Notes: a model not told the origin generated them from the sequence alone. DNA of 64,000 bases from Octopus sinensis (GCF_006345805.1 NC_043021.1:6448001-6512000), one strand, 5' to 3'; positions 36,490 through 49,775 are shown, numbered from the stretch's first letter. Program-made: numbers and translations.

Positions 36490-38590
36490 TATGTGCGGAG
36501 GTGGCTGCGTGGTAAGAAGCTGGCAGAATCGTTAGCACGCCGGGCGAAATGCTTAGCGGTATTTTGTCTGCCGTTACGTTCTGAGTTCAAATTCCGCCGA
36601 GGTTGACTTTGCCTTTCATCCTTTCGGGGTCGATTAAATAAGTACCTTGTTTGTCCTCTCTGTGTTTAGCCCCTTGTGGGTAGTAAAGAAATAGGTATTT
36701 CGTCTGCCGCTACGTTCTGAGCTCAAATTCCGCTAAGGTCGACTTTGCCTTTCATCCTTTCGGGATCGATTAAATAAGTACCTTGTTTGTCCTCTCTGTG
36801 TTTAGCCCCTTGTGGGTAGTAAAGAAATAGGTATTTCGTCTGCCGTTACGTTCAGTGTTCAAATTCCGCCAAGGTCGACTTTGCCTTTCATCCTTTCGGG
36901 GTCGATTAAATAAGTACCTTGTTTGTCCTCTCTGTGTTTAGCCCCTTGTGGGTAGTAAAGAAATAGGTATTTCGTCTGCCGTTACGTTCAGTGTTCAAAT
37001 TCCGCCAAGGTCGACTTTGCCCTTCATCCTTTCGGGGTCGATTAAATAAGTACCAGTTACGCACTGGGGTCGATATAATCGACTTAATCCATTTGTCTGT
37101 CCTTGTTTGTCCCCTCTGTGTTTAGCCCCTTGTGGGTAGTAAAGAAATAGGTATTTCATCTACTGTTACGTTCTGAGTTCAAATTCCGCCGAGGTCGACT
37201 TTGCCTTTCATCCTTTCGGGGTCGATTAAATAAGTACCTTGTTTGTCCTCTCTGTGTTTAGCCCCTTGTGGGTAGTAAAGAAATAGGTATTTCGTCTGCT
37301 GCTATGTTCTGAGCTCAAATTCCGCCGAGGTCGACTTTGCCTTTCATCCTTTCGGGGTCGATTAAATAAGTACCTTGTTTGTTCTCTCTGTGTTTAGCCC
37401 CTTGTGGGTAGTAAAGAAATAGGTATTTCATCTACTGTTACGTTCTGAGTTCAAATTCCGCCGAGGTCGACTTTGCCTTTCATCCTTTCGGGGTCGATTA
37501 AATAAGTACCTTGTTTGTCCTCTCTGTGTTAGCCCTTGTGGGTAGTAAAGAAATAGGTATTTCGTCTGCTGCTGCTATGTTCTGAGCTCAAATTCCGCCG
37601 AGGTCGACTTTGCCTTTCATCCTTTCGGGGTCGATTAAATAAGTACCTTGTTTGTTCTCTCTGTGTTTAGCCCCTTGTGGGTAGTAAAGAAATAGGTATT
37701 TCATTACTGTTACGTTCTGAGTTCAAATTCCGCCGAGGTCGACTTTGCCTTTCATCCTTCGTCGGGTCGATTAAATAAGTACCTTGTTTGTCCTCTCTGT
37801 GTTTAGCCCCTTGTGGGTAGTAAAGAAATAGGTATTTCGTCTGCCGTTACGTTCAGTGTTCAAATTCCGCCAAGGTCGACTTTGCCCTTCATCCTTTCGG
37901 GGTCGATTAAATAAGTACCAGTTATGCACTGGGGTTGATATAATCGACTTAATCCATTTGTCTGTCCTTGTTTGTCCCCTCTGTGTTTAGCCCCTTGTGG
38001 GCAATAAAGAAATAAGAAGCTTGCTTCCTAACTACACAGTTCCACGTTCAGTCCTACTACGTAGCACCTTGGACAAATGTTTTCTTCCATAGCCTCGGGT
38101 CAACCAAAGTCTTGTGAGTGGATTTGGTAGACAGAAACTGAAAGAATCTGTGTGTGTATGTGTGTGGTTGTGTGTGTGTGTTTGTGGTTGTGTGTGGTGT
38201 GTGTGTTTGTTTGTGGGTGTGTGTGTGTGGTTGTGTGTGTGTGGTGTGTGTGTGTGTGTGTGGTTGTGTGTTGTGGTGTGTTGTGTGTGTTGGGTGGTTG
38301 TTGTGTGTGTGGTTGTATGTGTTTGTGTGTTGTATGTGTGTGTGTTGGTGGTGTGTGTGTGTGTGTGTGTTTGGTTGTGTGTGTGTGTGTGTTTGTCCCC
38401 TACCACTGCTTGACAACTGTGCTGGTGTGTTTACATATCCGTAACTTAGCGGTTCGTCAAAACGGACTAATAGAATAAGTACTAAGCTTAAAAGAATAAG
38501 TACTGCGGTTGACTTGTTTGACAAAAACTCCTTCAGGGCAGTGCCCCAGCATGACCACGTTCAAATGACTGAAACAAGTAAACGATAATA
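36490..38590 (+). mobile_element. SINE family A interrupted by the SINE B array (9-bp TSD taagaagct)
   Basis: Head gtggctgcgtggtaagaagc at 36490-36521 continues as aagcttgcttcc... at 38013; TSD 36513-36521 and 38013-38021. Confidence 0.85.
36512..38021 (+). repeat. 10-unit tandem array of SINE B body (136-bp and 184-bp units)
   Basis: gtattt unit starts at 36559, 36695, 36831, 36967, 37151, 37287, 37423, 37557, 37696, 37832. Confidence 0.95.
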
Positions 38591-38714
38591 GATTCTAGAA
38601 TGACCTTTTCTGGAAGAACACATTTCTCTGAACTCTTTCATTATTTTCTTTTTTATAACCGTTAGCTTCACTTCAACATTTAGATTTAATTTGTGTCAAA
38701 ATATTTTCATCGCA

Positions 38715-38798
38715 TTGAAACCACGACCTGTTTACTGACAAAACTTCACAAAAGTGATGCAACACAAAGTTTTGTCAGTGAACAGGTCACAGTTTCAA
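38715..38798. repeat. 84-nt imperfect inverted repeat
   Basis: ttgaaac...gacctgtttactgacaaaactt-(20 nt)-aagttttgtcagtgaacaggtc...gtttcaa. Confidence 0.85.
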
Positions 38799-38911
38799 AG
38801 TGACGGTGGGGGTAAAAATTTAGATTACAATTTATTTTTCTTATACCAATAGACCATGTGTGTGTTACAGTAAAATATGAATTCATTTTTACATTCTAAT
38901 GCTTTGTTCTC

Positions 38912-39125
38912 TTTACTCTTTACTCTCTTTTACTTGTTTCAGTCATTTGACTGCGGCCATGCTGGAGCACCGCCTTTAGTCGAGCAAATCGACCCCGGGA
39001 CTTATTCTTTGTAAGCCCAGTACTTATTCTATCGGTCTCTTTTGCCGAACCGGTAAGTGACGGGGACGTAAACACACCAGCATTGGTTGTCAAGCAATGC
39101 TGGGGGGACAAACACAGACACACAA

Positions 39126-39156
<31 letters not shown>

Positions 39157-39271
39157 CATATATACGACAGGCTTCTTTCAGTTTCTGTCTACCAAATCCA
39201 CTCACAAGGCACTGGTCGGCCCGGGGCTATAGCAGAAGACACTTGCCCAAGATGCCACGCAGTGGGACTGA
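38912..39271 (-). mobile_element. SINE family A, 5'-truncated
   Basis: Reverse complement of the consensus from tail to B-box. Confidence 0.9.
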
Positions 39272-40592
39272 TAAATTTGTATCAATTTATTCTTTTAAAG
39301 TGGCTTTAGGTCTAACCCATATCAGACATGGCTTGTTGTATGAATTCAAAAGGGGTGCTTCAGTAATGAAAGCAATGAGAGATATTTGTTCTGTTAATGG
39401 AAATTAAGCTTTCTCTAGACACTCCAATGCTGGCTGACCAGTTTTGCTCAGGAAAATTTTCTTCTCACAAATTTCCCTCAATCTGGGCAACCAAGTTCTG
39501 AAAACTGAGTGGGTGTCCCTTATTATATGACTGCTTCTAAGATTAATCAAAGAGTTTCCCCTTGCTTGTCATTGAAGAGTAGACTTGCTATTGAACTTTT
39601 TTCCCGAGCAGAATCACCAGAACTGATGAAAAGTGTGTTCTCTGTAATCATATCTAATGAAAACCACAATGGTTAGCATCCAGTGAAAAAGGAGTATCCA
39701 TCCCCAAACCAGGACGACACCTAAAAAGAAAACTTATGCTCTGTATTTGGTGGGACATGAAGGGTATCAGCTATTATGAAATTCTAAATCAAAATGATGC
39801 AGTTAATATGGATAAATATGGTTGTCAAGAGGAAGCATTGCATGAAAATTCGCAGAAAAAACACTGGCTGTGTGGTAAGTAGCTTGCTTGCCAACCACAT
39901 GGTTCTAGGTTCATGCCCACTGCGTGGCACCTTGGGCAAGTGTCTTCTACTACAGCCTCGGGCCGACCAAAGCCTTGTGAGTGGATTTGGTAGACGGAAA
40001 CTGAAAGAAGCTCGTCGTATATATGTATATATATATATATATGTGTCCGTGTATGTTTGTGTGTCTGTGTTTGTCCCCCTAGCATTGCTTGACAACCGAT
40101 GCTGGTGTGTTTACATTCCCATAACTTAGCGGTTCAGCAAAAGAGACTGATAGAATAAGTACTAGGCTTACAAAGAGTAAGTCCTGGGGTCAATTTACTC
40201 GACTAGAAGGCGGTGCTCCAGCATGGCCACAGTCAAATGACTGAAACAAGTAAAAGAGAGAAAGAGAGAGAGAATCAGTGATCAATCATGAGAGTGTGTT
40301 GCTCTTACACCAAAAGGCAAGACTACATATGGCCCAAGTCACCCAGAAAAAGATCATGGCACTAAATATGGAAGTTTTGCCTCATCCTCCTTATTTTCCT
40401 AATCTTGCTCCATCTGACTATCATTTCAGATTATGGTAACATTATTTATAGGGAAAACAGTTTATTAATTGTGAAAAATGTTAAAAATAATGCCAAGTGT
40501 CTCTTTGCTTCAAAGCCTGAAAAAATTTAAGACCCAAAGAATCAACAATTTGACAAATAGATGGGATTATGTGATCAATAATGAGAGGAAAT
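39272..40592 (+). pseudogene. Decayed near-complete mariner transposase interrupted by SINE A
   Basis: HIRHGLLYEFKRG...AMRDICSV; RITRTDEK; KPG.H..KLMLCIWWDMKGI.YYEIL; LLLHQKARLH; LPHPPYFPNLAPSDYH; RWDYVINN. Confidence 0.88.
39866..40270 (+). mobile_element. SINE family A nested in mariner
   Basis: Consensus match from A-box to tail. Confidence 0.9.
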
Positions 40593-40614
40593 ATCTTTAT
40601 TAAATATTAAATAT

Positions 40615-41049
40615 AGGCGCAGGAGTGGCTGTGTGATAAGTAGCTTGTTTACCAACCACATGGTTCCGGGTTCAGTCCCACTGCATGGCACCTTGGGAAA
40701 GTGTCTTCTACTATAGCCTTGGGCCGACCAAAGCCTTGCGAGTGGATTTGGCAGACGGAAACTGAAAGAAGCCCGTTGTATATATGTATATATATGTGTG
40801 TGTGTGTGTGTGTGCGTGTGTGTGCATGTATGTTTGTGTGTCTGTGTTTGTCCCCCTAGCATTGCTTGACAACCGATGCTGGTGTGTTTATGTCCCCGTC
40901 ACTTAGTGGTTCAGCAAAAGAGACCAATAGAATAAGTACTGGGCTTACAAAGAATAAGTCCTAGGATCAAGTTGCTCGACTAAAAGCAGTGCTCCAGCAT
41001 GGCCGCAGTCAAATGACTGAAACAAGTAAAAGAGTATAGAGTATAGAGT
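40615..41049 (+). mobile_element. SINE family A, full length
   Basis: aggcgcaggagtggctgtgtg ... gtaaaagagtatagagtatagagt. Confidence 0.92.
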
Positions 41050-41661
41050 ATATCAATTACGACCAAAAATGCTTTTGTTTCTTTCCTATTTTGCAATAAA
41101 AACAGGACTTTCTTTCCAACTTAATATATACATCATTGTTAAAGCATTTATTTTATCATGCTTATATAGATTGGATGGAGCTCATTCACACAATTTTTCC
41201 ACTACTGGATGCCCTTCACGTCACTTACCCTCACCTCTTTTCAAACAAGGAAATCATCTCTTAGTCTGTCAAACAATAAAACAATCTGAACATAGGTTTC
41301 TGTCAGTCAATTTCATTTGCAAGGCAGGCATTGACTGACTTGCAGCTAGAAGTATAAGCCAAGCCCCTAACCATCTAGTTCTAAAGCAAACTTCTTAACA
41401 ACACTACCATGGCTATGTACACACACACACACACACACACACGGAGCCCCAGAAACCAAGGCAAATCAAACTGGAACCTGGTGCAGCTCTCTGGTTTGCC
41501 AACACTGATCAAACTCTTCAAACCATGCCAGCATGGAAAATGGATATTAAAGGATGATGATGATGATGATATGTGTATTTATATAAATGTACATGTGTGC
41601 ATATATGTATGTATATAGATATGTATATGTATTTGTGAGTGTCTGTGTGTGTGTCTATGTA

Positions 41662-41730
<69 letters not shown>

Positions 41731-42899
41731 ATGAAACAAAGGTGACTGAAGAAGGGGAATGTTCCTTGTTTTGTATGTCCTGTACTCTATTTTTTCGTTG
41801 TTTAAGAAAAATGTCCATTTCCTTGGTTTTGTGTTTATGTTTTCGTTTCTCATTGTGTTCGACGTTTTTTGGTGTCCTGTACCCATACATGCATGTATAT
41901 ATACATGTAGAGGTAGGTACGTACATATATGTATGTATATATGCATATGTTTTATTTTATTTATTAATTTATTACATAGATATAGATATATATACACACA
42001 TACACACTCACACAAGAATACCTCAGTGTGTATGTACATCCTAATTTATCTAATAGAGGCATTTATTCACAAAGAGTGCTGTACAACTAATCAGAAATTT
42101 GTTGGATCTACAACCAATTGGTTATTGGTGAAAAGCAATTGCAGTATATGGAAGAGAGAGTGAAACAGAGATGAACAGAGAGAAGCAGATGATATATATA
42201 CACATATATATATATATATATATATATTTTAATATATATATATAAATACAAAGTGGGAAGCCACTCATCTTCAGAACTACTTAAAATGCAAGCATAAGGA
42301 AAGGAAATCTCTGAATTGAAGGAGAGTACGTTGGAATTCGCTTTCTCTGGATGATGCCGATGACTGAAACTGAATCCTTCACCCACTGAAGGCATCAAAC
42401 CATCAGTAGAGATGGGAAGAGGAAGAGGAGGAGGGGAGGGAATTGATGTGGTGCAGTGGTAGGAGGAGAAGGAAGAGAGTGTGTTAATTTCTGAAATGTA
42501 AGGCTGCGTGTGGTGGTGGTGATTTGTGGTGGTGGTGATGGTGGTAGTGGTGGTGGTGGTGGTGGTGGAGTTGTTGTTGGTGGTGGTGGTGGTGGTAGTG
42601 GTGGTGGTGGAGTTGGTGGTGGTTTGTGGTAGTGGTGGTGGTTTGTGGTGGTGGTGGTGGTTTGTGGTAGTGGTGGTGGTGGTGGTGGTGGTGGTGGCTC
42701 ATGGGGGATGACGAGGTGGTGGAATAGGAGATAAGTTGGAAGCAACAGAATTTCTTGCACACATGCACACACAAACACACGAGTGTATGCAAATACATGC
42801 ATATGCACAATTGCATGTACGTGGATGCAGACACAAAACAAACCGACAGACACACTGTCACTCAAATATATACATCTTACCCACAGATACAGACAGACA

Positions 42900-42937
<38 letters not shown>

Positions 42938-43471
42938 ACACACATGCACGTACACAAAAGTTCCACAATAACTCAAACACACATGTATTCACACACACAC
43001 ACACACACACATACACACAAACACACATACACACACGCACACACATGCGAACACACATGCTCGTACACAAAAGTTCCTGTCCAATATCTCCACAGAACCG
43101 ACGAACATCAAAATGCTTTCTAAATCCATATTTCTATTACTTTTGCTAGGCGTGACTGTTGCATAGGAATTATTGTTTCTCTCATCTTCTCTTGTCTTGG
43201 AATCATAATGGTAATGGCTAAAAGAGGCTTGTTGTTGATGTTATTGTTCAACTTCCAGGTCACCTCTAATTCCAGCAGACCAATGACCTTTGATCAAATG
43301 TGTTCTAACTGCAGCCATTACATCTCTTAATTGGTGTATCATACCAAGGACTAAATTATCCAATGTACACTCCCTTCATGTTGCTTAGTACTTGGTGGGC
43401 CCTGATCTAATAAACCTATGATCAAGGGTGTTCCAGCTGTGATCACACAGTCTTTTATTCAGAGTGTATTC

Positions 43472-44034
43472 AAATAAAATAAATGCGCCCTTTTAAAGCC
43501 TAACCAGACTCATGGGCCCGGTTTCCCGGTTTCTATGGCCATATGTATTCCCCAGCTGGACGGGACGCCAGTCCATTGCAGGATTACTCATTTTTGCCAG
43601 CTGAGTGGACTGGAGCAATGTGAAATGAAGTGTTATGCTCAAAAACACAACGCATCGCCCGGTCCAGGAATCGAAACCACAATCTTACGATCATAATGCT
43701 GACACCCTAACCACTAAGCCACGTGCCTCCACAGAGTGTATTTAAGAATACATTATCTAATGTGTCTCTCCTTAGTATTATTTAGCTCTAAGTCAACCCT
43801 AGGGTTTGTCCACAACACTCAGCAAGGAGCATAGGACCGGTTTTCCAATTACTCTGGCATATATATTTTTCCCTGGATGGGATGCCAGTCCATCTCAGGA
43901 TTACTCATTTTTACCAGTTGAGTGAAATGAAGAGTTTTGCTCAAGAACACAATGCATTGCCTGGCCCAGGAGTTGAAACCACAATCTTACAATCATGAGT
44001 CCAACACCCTAACCACTAAGCCATGTGCCTCCAC
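43472..44034 (-). mobile_element. Two SINE family C1 copies (43472-43732, about 43828-44034)
   Basis: Minus strand gtggaggcacgtggcttagtggttagggtg...ggtttcgattcctggaccgggc...atggactggcgtcccgtccag. Confidence 0.85.
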
Positions 44035-44063
44035 TACGTCAACCCTAATCCAATATATATTTT

Positions 44064-44295
44064 AAGGTGGCGAGCTGGCAGAAACGTTAGCGCGCCGGGC
44101 GAAATGCTTAGCCGTACTTCGTCTGTCGTTACGTTCTGAGTTCAAATTCCGCCGAGGTCGACTTTGCCTTTCATCCTCTCGAGGTCGATAAATAAAGTAC
44201 CAGTTTCGCACTGGGTCGATGTAATCGACTTAATCCGTTTGTCCGTCCTTGTTTGTCCCCTCTATGTTTAGCCCCTTGTGGGTAGTAAAGAAATA
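44064..44295 (+). mobile_element. SINE family B, full-length monomer
   Basis: ggtggcgagctggcagaaacgttagc...gagttcaaattcc...gtagtaaagaaata. Confidence 0.92.
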
Positions 44296-45250
44296 AATAT
44301 ATATTGGTTTCATGAACAATTCATGTATTTTCGTTTAATAGTTCCATCAAGAATGTTGCCTTGGCTTTTTACTTTTTCTTACCAATGGTTTTTCCTTTTT
44401 CTTTTCAATGGTTTTTCCTTTTTCCTTTCAATGGCTTTTCCTTTCTCTTTTCAATGGTTTTGTGAGAAACCTATGCTTTTAAATTATGTTAGTTCTTTCT
44501 GAACCTGTCTATAGATTGAGAACAGAAAATGCAAAATACAAGGAGCCCATTGTCTCTGTATATGCCTCCAGCGATGAAATGGAATTTACCATACAAAATT
44601 TTAAGAATATATAATCTGATTATATCCAGCATAGTTTACTGTGACTATCAGCATTGGTTAAGAGATGGTCAGGCATATTCTTTGATAGGGAATTGGAAGA
44701 AGCAGTTTCTTTTCTCCTTTTGAATGACTGATTCATTTTATGACTGATTCTGTATTATTCCATAATAGCAGAGAGAATGATTTTTTGAGATTTTTCAAAG
44801 TTGGGTAGAGGGTAATAGTATATAATATACAAGGTACCAAATTGGCAGAACCATTAGGACATCATGTAGAATGTCTTGTGATAACATATATTTTGGCTCC
44901 ATGGCTCTGAGTTCAAATCTCACAGCGGTTATTTTGTTTTTCATCATTCTGGGATGAATAAATAAAATACCAATCAAGAACTCTCTTTTACTCTTTACTC
45001 TTTTACTTGTTTCAGTCATCTGACTGCGGCCATGCTGGAGCACTGCCTTAGGAATTTTTTCTTTTTTTTTTATCAGATCTGGCTACAAGATGCTGTGAGA
45101 AGGGTTGTAAAAGACCCCTTGCAGTGCCCTTTCTCCAAAATTGACAAAGGGTTGAGTGAGAAGCTGACCACTTCTAGAAAAACTGAAATGCTACTGAAGC
45201 CATCCAATGACAGGCTGCAGTATATAAAAAAACCATATCAATAATATATA

Positions 45251-45571
45251 CTGTGTGCCAGTGGCACGTGAAAAACCATCGAGCGAGGTCGTTGCCAGTG
45301 CCGCTGGACTGGCTCCTGTGCAGGTGGCATGTAAAAAACACCATTTGAGCGTGGCCGTTGCCAGTGCCACCTGATTGGCCCTCGTGCCAGTGGCACGTAA
45401 AAGCCCCCACTACACTCTCGGAGTGGTTGGCATTAGGAAGGGCATCCAGCTGTAGAAACTCTGCCAGATCAGATTAGAGCCTGGTGCAGCCATCTGGTTC
45501 GCCAGTCCTCAGTCAAATCGTCCAACCCATGCTAGCATGGAAAGCAGACGTTAAATGATGATGATGATGAT
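45251..45571 (+). mobile_element. SINE family D, 3' part
   Basis: Internal repeats plus aggaagggcatccagc motif plus (TGA)n tail. Confidence 0.88.
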
Positions 45572-46494
45572 ACTGTATGACTTGTAAAGAGTGTATTGAG
45601 ATTTAACCCTTTAGTATTCAGATTAATCTATAATTATGCATTATCATGTAGCTTTAAGACTTCGATTAAGTGACTGTATATTTTTTAGACTAACATTGAA
45701 GGGCAGGTGAGAGAGGATGGATCTGGCCAGTTTGAACATAAAACAGGAAAAATAATTTGGTCAGATATGGCTGGTTTAAAGGCTACTGTCAACTCCAATA
45801 GAGTAAAACTATCCTTCATTTTAAGACAGTGAGATGAAAATTTTGAGTGAAATTTGGCACCTATTTCTAGCCACTTTAGTGACCACACCAAGGTTCTCCC
45901 ATTAACCTGTTACATTTACTGGTTACTGTCAAAACAGAATATTATATTTGCGCACAGAATGATAGGAGTAAGCTAATGCAATCTCGAACCTCCAGCAACT
46001 AGTATCAATTTCTTTGATCAACCTCTTGTTATATGTAAATACATGAAGGAGCTATTGTGTGGCCACTTGTAGACACAGAAGTAAAATGACCCTTAAATCA
46101 CATACCCTACTGCTTTGATCCAACAAAATTTCTTTTATATGGTCATTCAACCTGCTAGAAACGGCAGCTAAATATTTTTCATATTATACACTGCCATCTG
46201 AAAAACAGGCACATTAGATAATGCTGTACAAGGTAACATTATGTCTTTAAAAAAAAAGATAGTTATACCAATATCTGGGAAATTTTATGGGACATGTTCA
46301 ACCAGCTAGAAATAACAGCCAAATCTCTCTCAAATAACGCCCTAACAATTTTGAAGAAGGAAGGACATAAATGACACTGTAATCTTAAATAAAAAAGGTA
46401 AGACAGCCATGGTAGGACTCTTTTGATCATGTCTGCTGGATCTAAGGTTAACCAGGGGCTAAACAACAACAAAGAAGGATACAATAGATAACAT

Positions 46495-46658
46495 AGGCGT
46501 GGGAGTGGCTGTGTGGTAAATAGCTTGCTTACGAACTATATGGTTCTAGGTTCAGTCCTATTGCATGGCATCTTGGGCAAGTGTCTTCTACTATAGCCTT
46601 GGGCTGACCAAAGCCTTGTGAGTGGATTTGGTAGACGGAAACTGAAAGAAGCCCATTG

Positions 46659-46693
<35 letters not shown>

Positions 46694-46727
46694 TTGTCCC
46701 CCGCCCCCAACATCACTTGACAACTGA
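46495..46727 (+). mobile_element. SINE family A, 5' two-thirds
   Basis: Consensus match. Confidence 0.85.
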
Positions 46728-47187
46728 AACAGGTAAAAAAGTATATAAAAATACAATAGGAATGTTTTAAACATCAAAAGGCTCAGAGAGTTCATCTGAG
46801 TAAAATTGGAATCAAAGTGGCCCATAGGCAAAAATGGTTACAAACCACTGTATTAGATCATACATACTAGAAACACTATTTATGATTACTAGATGTGATG
46901 GTCATGGTTGGTAAGTCTACTTCTTTATAAGTCTCCTAGGTTGGGGTTAAACAACAACAGTAATGAGAACACATTAAATGACAATGTTTGAGAGATACAG
47001 CGTGTCTGAATCAACGATAGGACATTTGAATAAAAGATGGGGTACATCAGATAATGTAGTCCAAGATACACTAGACCTGAACATAAGACACGACACAGAT
47101 GATGTAGTCACTGACACACTAAGTCACCTTAAAAGACAGGTGTGGTTACATCCAATATGTCCTGGATCATTGGTCAGCTACACTGCT

Positions 47188-47232
47188 GTTACTACTACTA
47201 CTACTACAACTACTACCACCACCACCACCACC

Positions 47233-47263
<31 letters not shown>

Positions 47264-47344
47264 TTATCACCACCACCACCACTACAACTACTATTACTAC
47301 CACCACCACTACCACTACCATTATCACTACTACTACTACTACTA

Positions 47345-47389
<45 letters not shown>

Positions 47390-47453
47390 TTACCACCACC
47401 ACTACTACTACTACCACTACTACTACTATTACTACTACTACTACTACTACTAT

Positions 47454-47489
<36 letters not shown>

Positions 47490-47565
47490 CACTACTACTA
47501 TTACCACCACCACCACCACTACTACTACTGTTACCACTACCACTGCTGCTGCTGCTGCTACTACT
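47188..47565. repeat. (ACT)/(ACC)n microsatellite
   Basis: Direct reading. Confidence 0.95.
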
Positions 47566-48114
47566 AGTGTCCAAGGACCTCTGACTAGATAAATATAGGA
47601 CTGGGACCAATTCCATTGGAATTAAAACCAAACGAAGCAAATAAAGAATTGTTCCTTTAAGAACCATAATTACAACATACACGGCTGGGTTTGCCACCAG
47701 AAGCTTGCGCACCAAATACTTCTGATATGGTAAGTATAGAAAGGAGAGTAATGGCTTAAAGCTTTGCATTTCAAAGAATGCAGTTGTTGCATTCTAAAAA
47801 TTCTTGAAATTTAATTAAACTCAAATTTGCTTGATGTTTTTAATTGAATTCACATTTGTAATTAGCGTAGAGTTCTTGATGTCAGCGGAATAAATGGTGG
47901 CTTTAGAAGAGAGTCAGAAATACCATAATGTCTTTGGGGTGGACCAAAATAATGCAGTACCACAGAAAAACTCTGCTGCCACCGTTTTCACCACCGACAA
48001 CATTATCAGCGCACTCATTCTCTGCTGTGGTTGTTGTCGTCATCAACATCATCATTATTATATAATTACATATAGATATATATACATTATTACATAATTA
48101 TTATATATACGTAT

Positions 48115-48590
48115 AGGTGCAAACATGGCTGTGTGGTAAGAAGTTTGCTTCCTAGCCACATGGTTCTGGGTTCAGTTCCCTTGCACAGCACTGTGGGCAA
48201 ATGTTTTCTATTTATAGCCTTGGCCCAACCAAAACCCTGTGAGTGGATTTGGTAGACAGAAACTGAAAGAAGCCCACCATATATATGCATATCATCATCA
48301 TCATCATCATTTAGCGTCCGCTTTCCATGCTAGCATGGGTTTGACGGTTCAACTGGGGTCTGGGAAGCCCGAAGGCTGCACCAGGCCAGTCTGATCCTTA
48401 CGCCAACCACTCCGTGAGTGTAGTGGGTACTTTTTATGTGCCACCGACACAGGTGCCAGACGAGGCTGGCAAATGGCCACGCTCGGATGGTGTTTTTTTG
48501 TGCCACCGACACAGGTGCCAGATGAGGCTGGCGAACGGCCACGCTCGGATGGTGTTTTTTACATGCCACCGGCACGGAGGCCAGGTGGGG
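48115..48590. mobile_element. SINE A 5' half (+, 48115-48280) and SINE D (-, 48295-48590)
   Basis: Consensus matches; D begins catcatcatcatttagcgtccgctttccatg. Confidence 0.85.
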
Positions 48591-48997
48591 CTATATATAT
48601 ATATATGTGCTGAGTTGTCAAATATTTAAACCAAATTTTCTCAAAACTACTTGTCCGACCATCCCATAGGCCTCCCCTTTGAGAAACACTGATTTAACCT
48701 AAATTTGAGACACCAGCAAAACAAGAAGATATACTTTTTTCTATTCCAAAGAAAAACGATTTTATTCACACAAATATGCAACCGAAGAGTTTAAAGTACC
48801 AGTAATGATAAGGCTGTTGACTGGGAGAACACAATCATGGTTTAAACAGCAAACTTGGCAGGAAAGAAACGTGCCTTTAAGCAGTACAAAAACAACAAAA
48901 TATGGAAGGTGCAGTTATGTACAGGTTGATGGAAGAAAAGCAGGACAAAAACGGCTTTATCGATCGCATTCTCACCTGGAATCAATTTTTGTAATTA

Positions 48998-49200
48998 TGT
49001 ATGTGTGTGTGTTTGTCCTCCCAACATCACTTGACAACCGATGCTGGTGTGTTTACGTCCCCTTAACTTAGCGGCTCGGCAAAAGAGACCAATAGAATAA
49101 GTACTAGGCTTACAAAGAATAAGTCCTGGGGTCGACTTGCTCGACTAAAGGCAGTGCTCCAGCATGGCCTCAGTCAAATGACTGAAACAAGTAAAAGAAT
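48998..49200 (+). mobile_element. SINE family A, 3' half
   Basis: ttgacaaccgatgctggtgtg...gactgaaacaagtaaaaga. Confidence 0.88.
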
Positions 49201-49431
49201 ACACAAAATATTTTAATGATATTTAATTATGAAAATATGATATGAAGTTTTTAAACATTGAATGCCTAGGAGGAGGGCTCACCCAGGTAAATTGAGCATC
49301 AAAGGGATCCAAGGGATCAAAGGTAGAAAAAAAAAAGGTTGAGAAACATTGGTGTGGTTGAGAGAGAAGGGGGGGGGAAGAAAAGGGTGCAAAATTAACT
49401 GGTATTTTATTAATCAGCCTCATTAAGTCAG

Positions 49432-49660
49432 CAAGCTGGCAGAGTCATTTAAGCACCAGACAAAATACTTAGTGGCTTGGCTTTCATCTGTATCCACGTT
49501 CTGAGTTCAAATACTGCCAAAGTCAACTTTGCTTTTCATCCCTTTGGTGGGGCGGGGTCGATAAAAATAAGTATCAGTCAAGCACTGGGGGTCAATGTAA
49601 TCAACTAGGCTCCCTTTCCCCCAAAATTTCAGGCCTTGTGTTTATTAAAAAAAAAGGATT
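49432..49660 (+). mobile_element. SINE family B2 copy
   Basis: aagctggcagag...gagttcaaatac...aaaatttcaggccttgtg. Confidence 0.8.
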
Positions 49661-49675
49661 AATCAACCTTCAGAA

Positions 49676-49775
49676 NNNNNNNNNNNNNNNNNNNNNNNNN
49701 NNNNNNNNNNNNNNNNNNNNNNNNNNNNNNNNNNNNNNNNNNNNNNNNNNNNNNNNNNNNNNNNNNNNNNNNNNN
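49676..49775. other. Assembly gap (100 N)
   Basis: Run of n; adjacency across it is not guaranteed. Confidence 1.

Noticed and set aside
36559-38021. CRISPR-like appearance of regular arrays (also 15161-16334)
   Set aside because: No unique spacers; units are whole tandem copies; eukaryotic context
46978-47592. 204-aa ORF with a Thr-rich, mucin-like look
   Set aside because: The Thr run is an (ACT/ACC)n microsatellite; the N-terminal part matches a degenerate interspersed repeat also seen near 43330, 43745 and 46205
47662-47729. 68-nt candidate exon ending at a perfect GTAAGT donor
   Set aside because: Isolated, no recognisable peptide and no partner exons; expected by chance in 64 kb
49676-49775. 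Change in sequence character across 49.7 kb
   Set aside because: Coincides with a 100-N scaffold gap; may be an assembly join rather than biology
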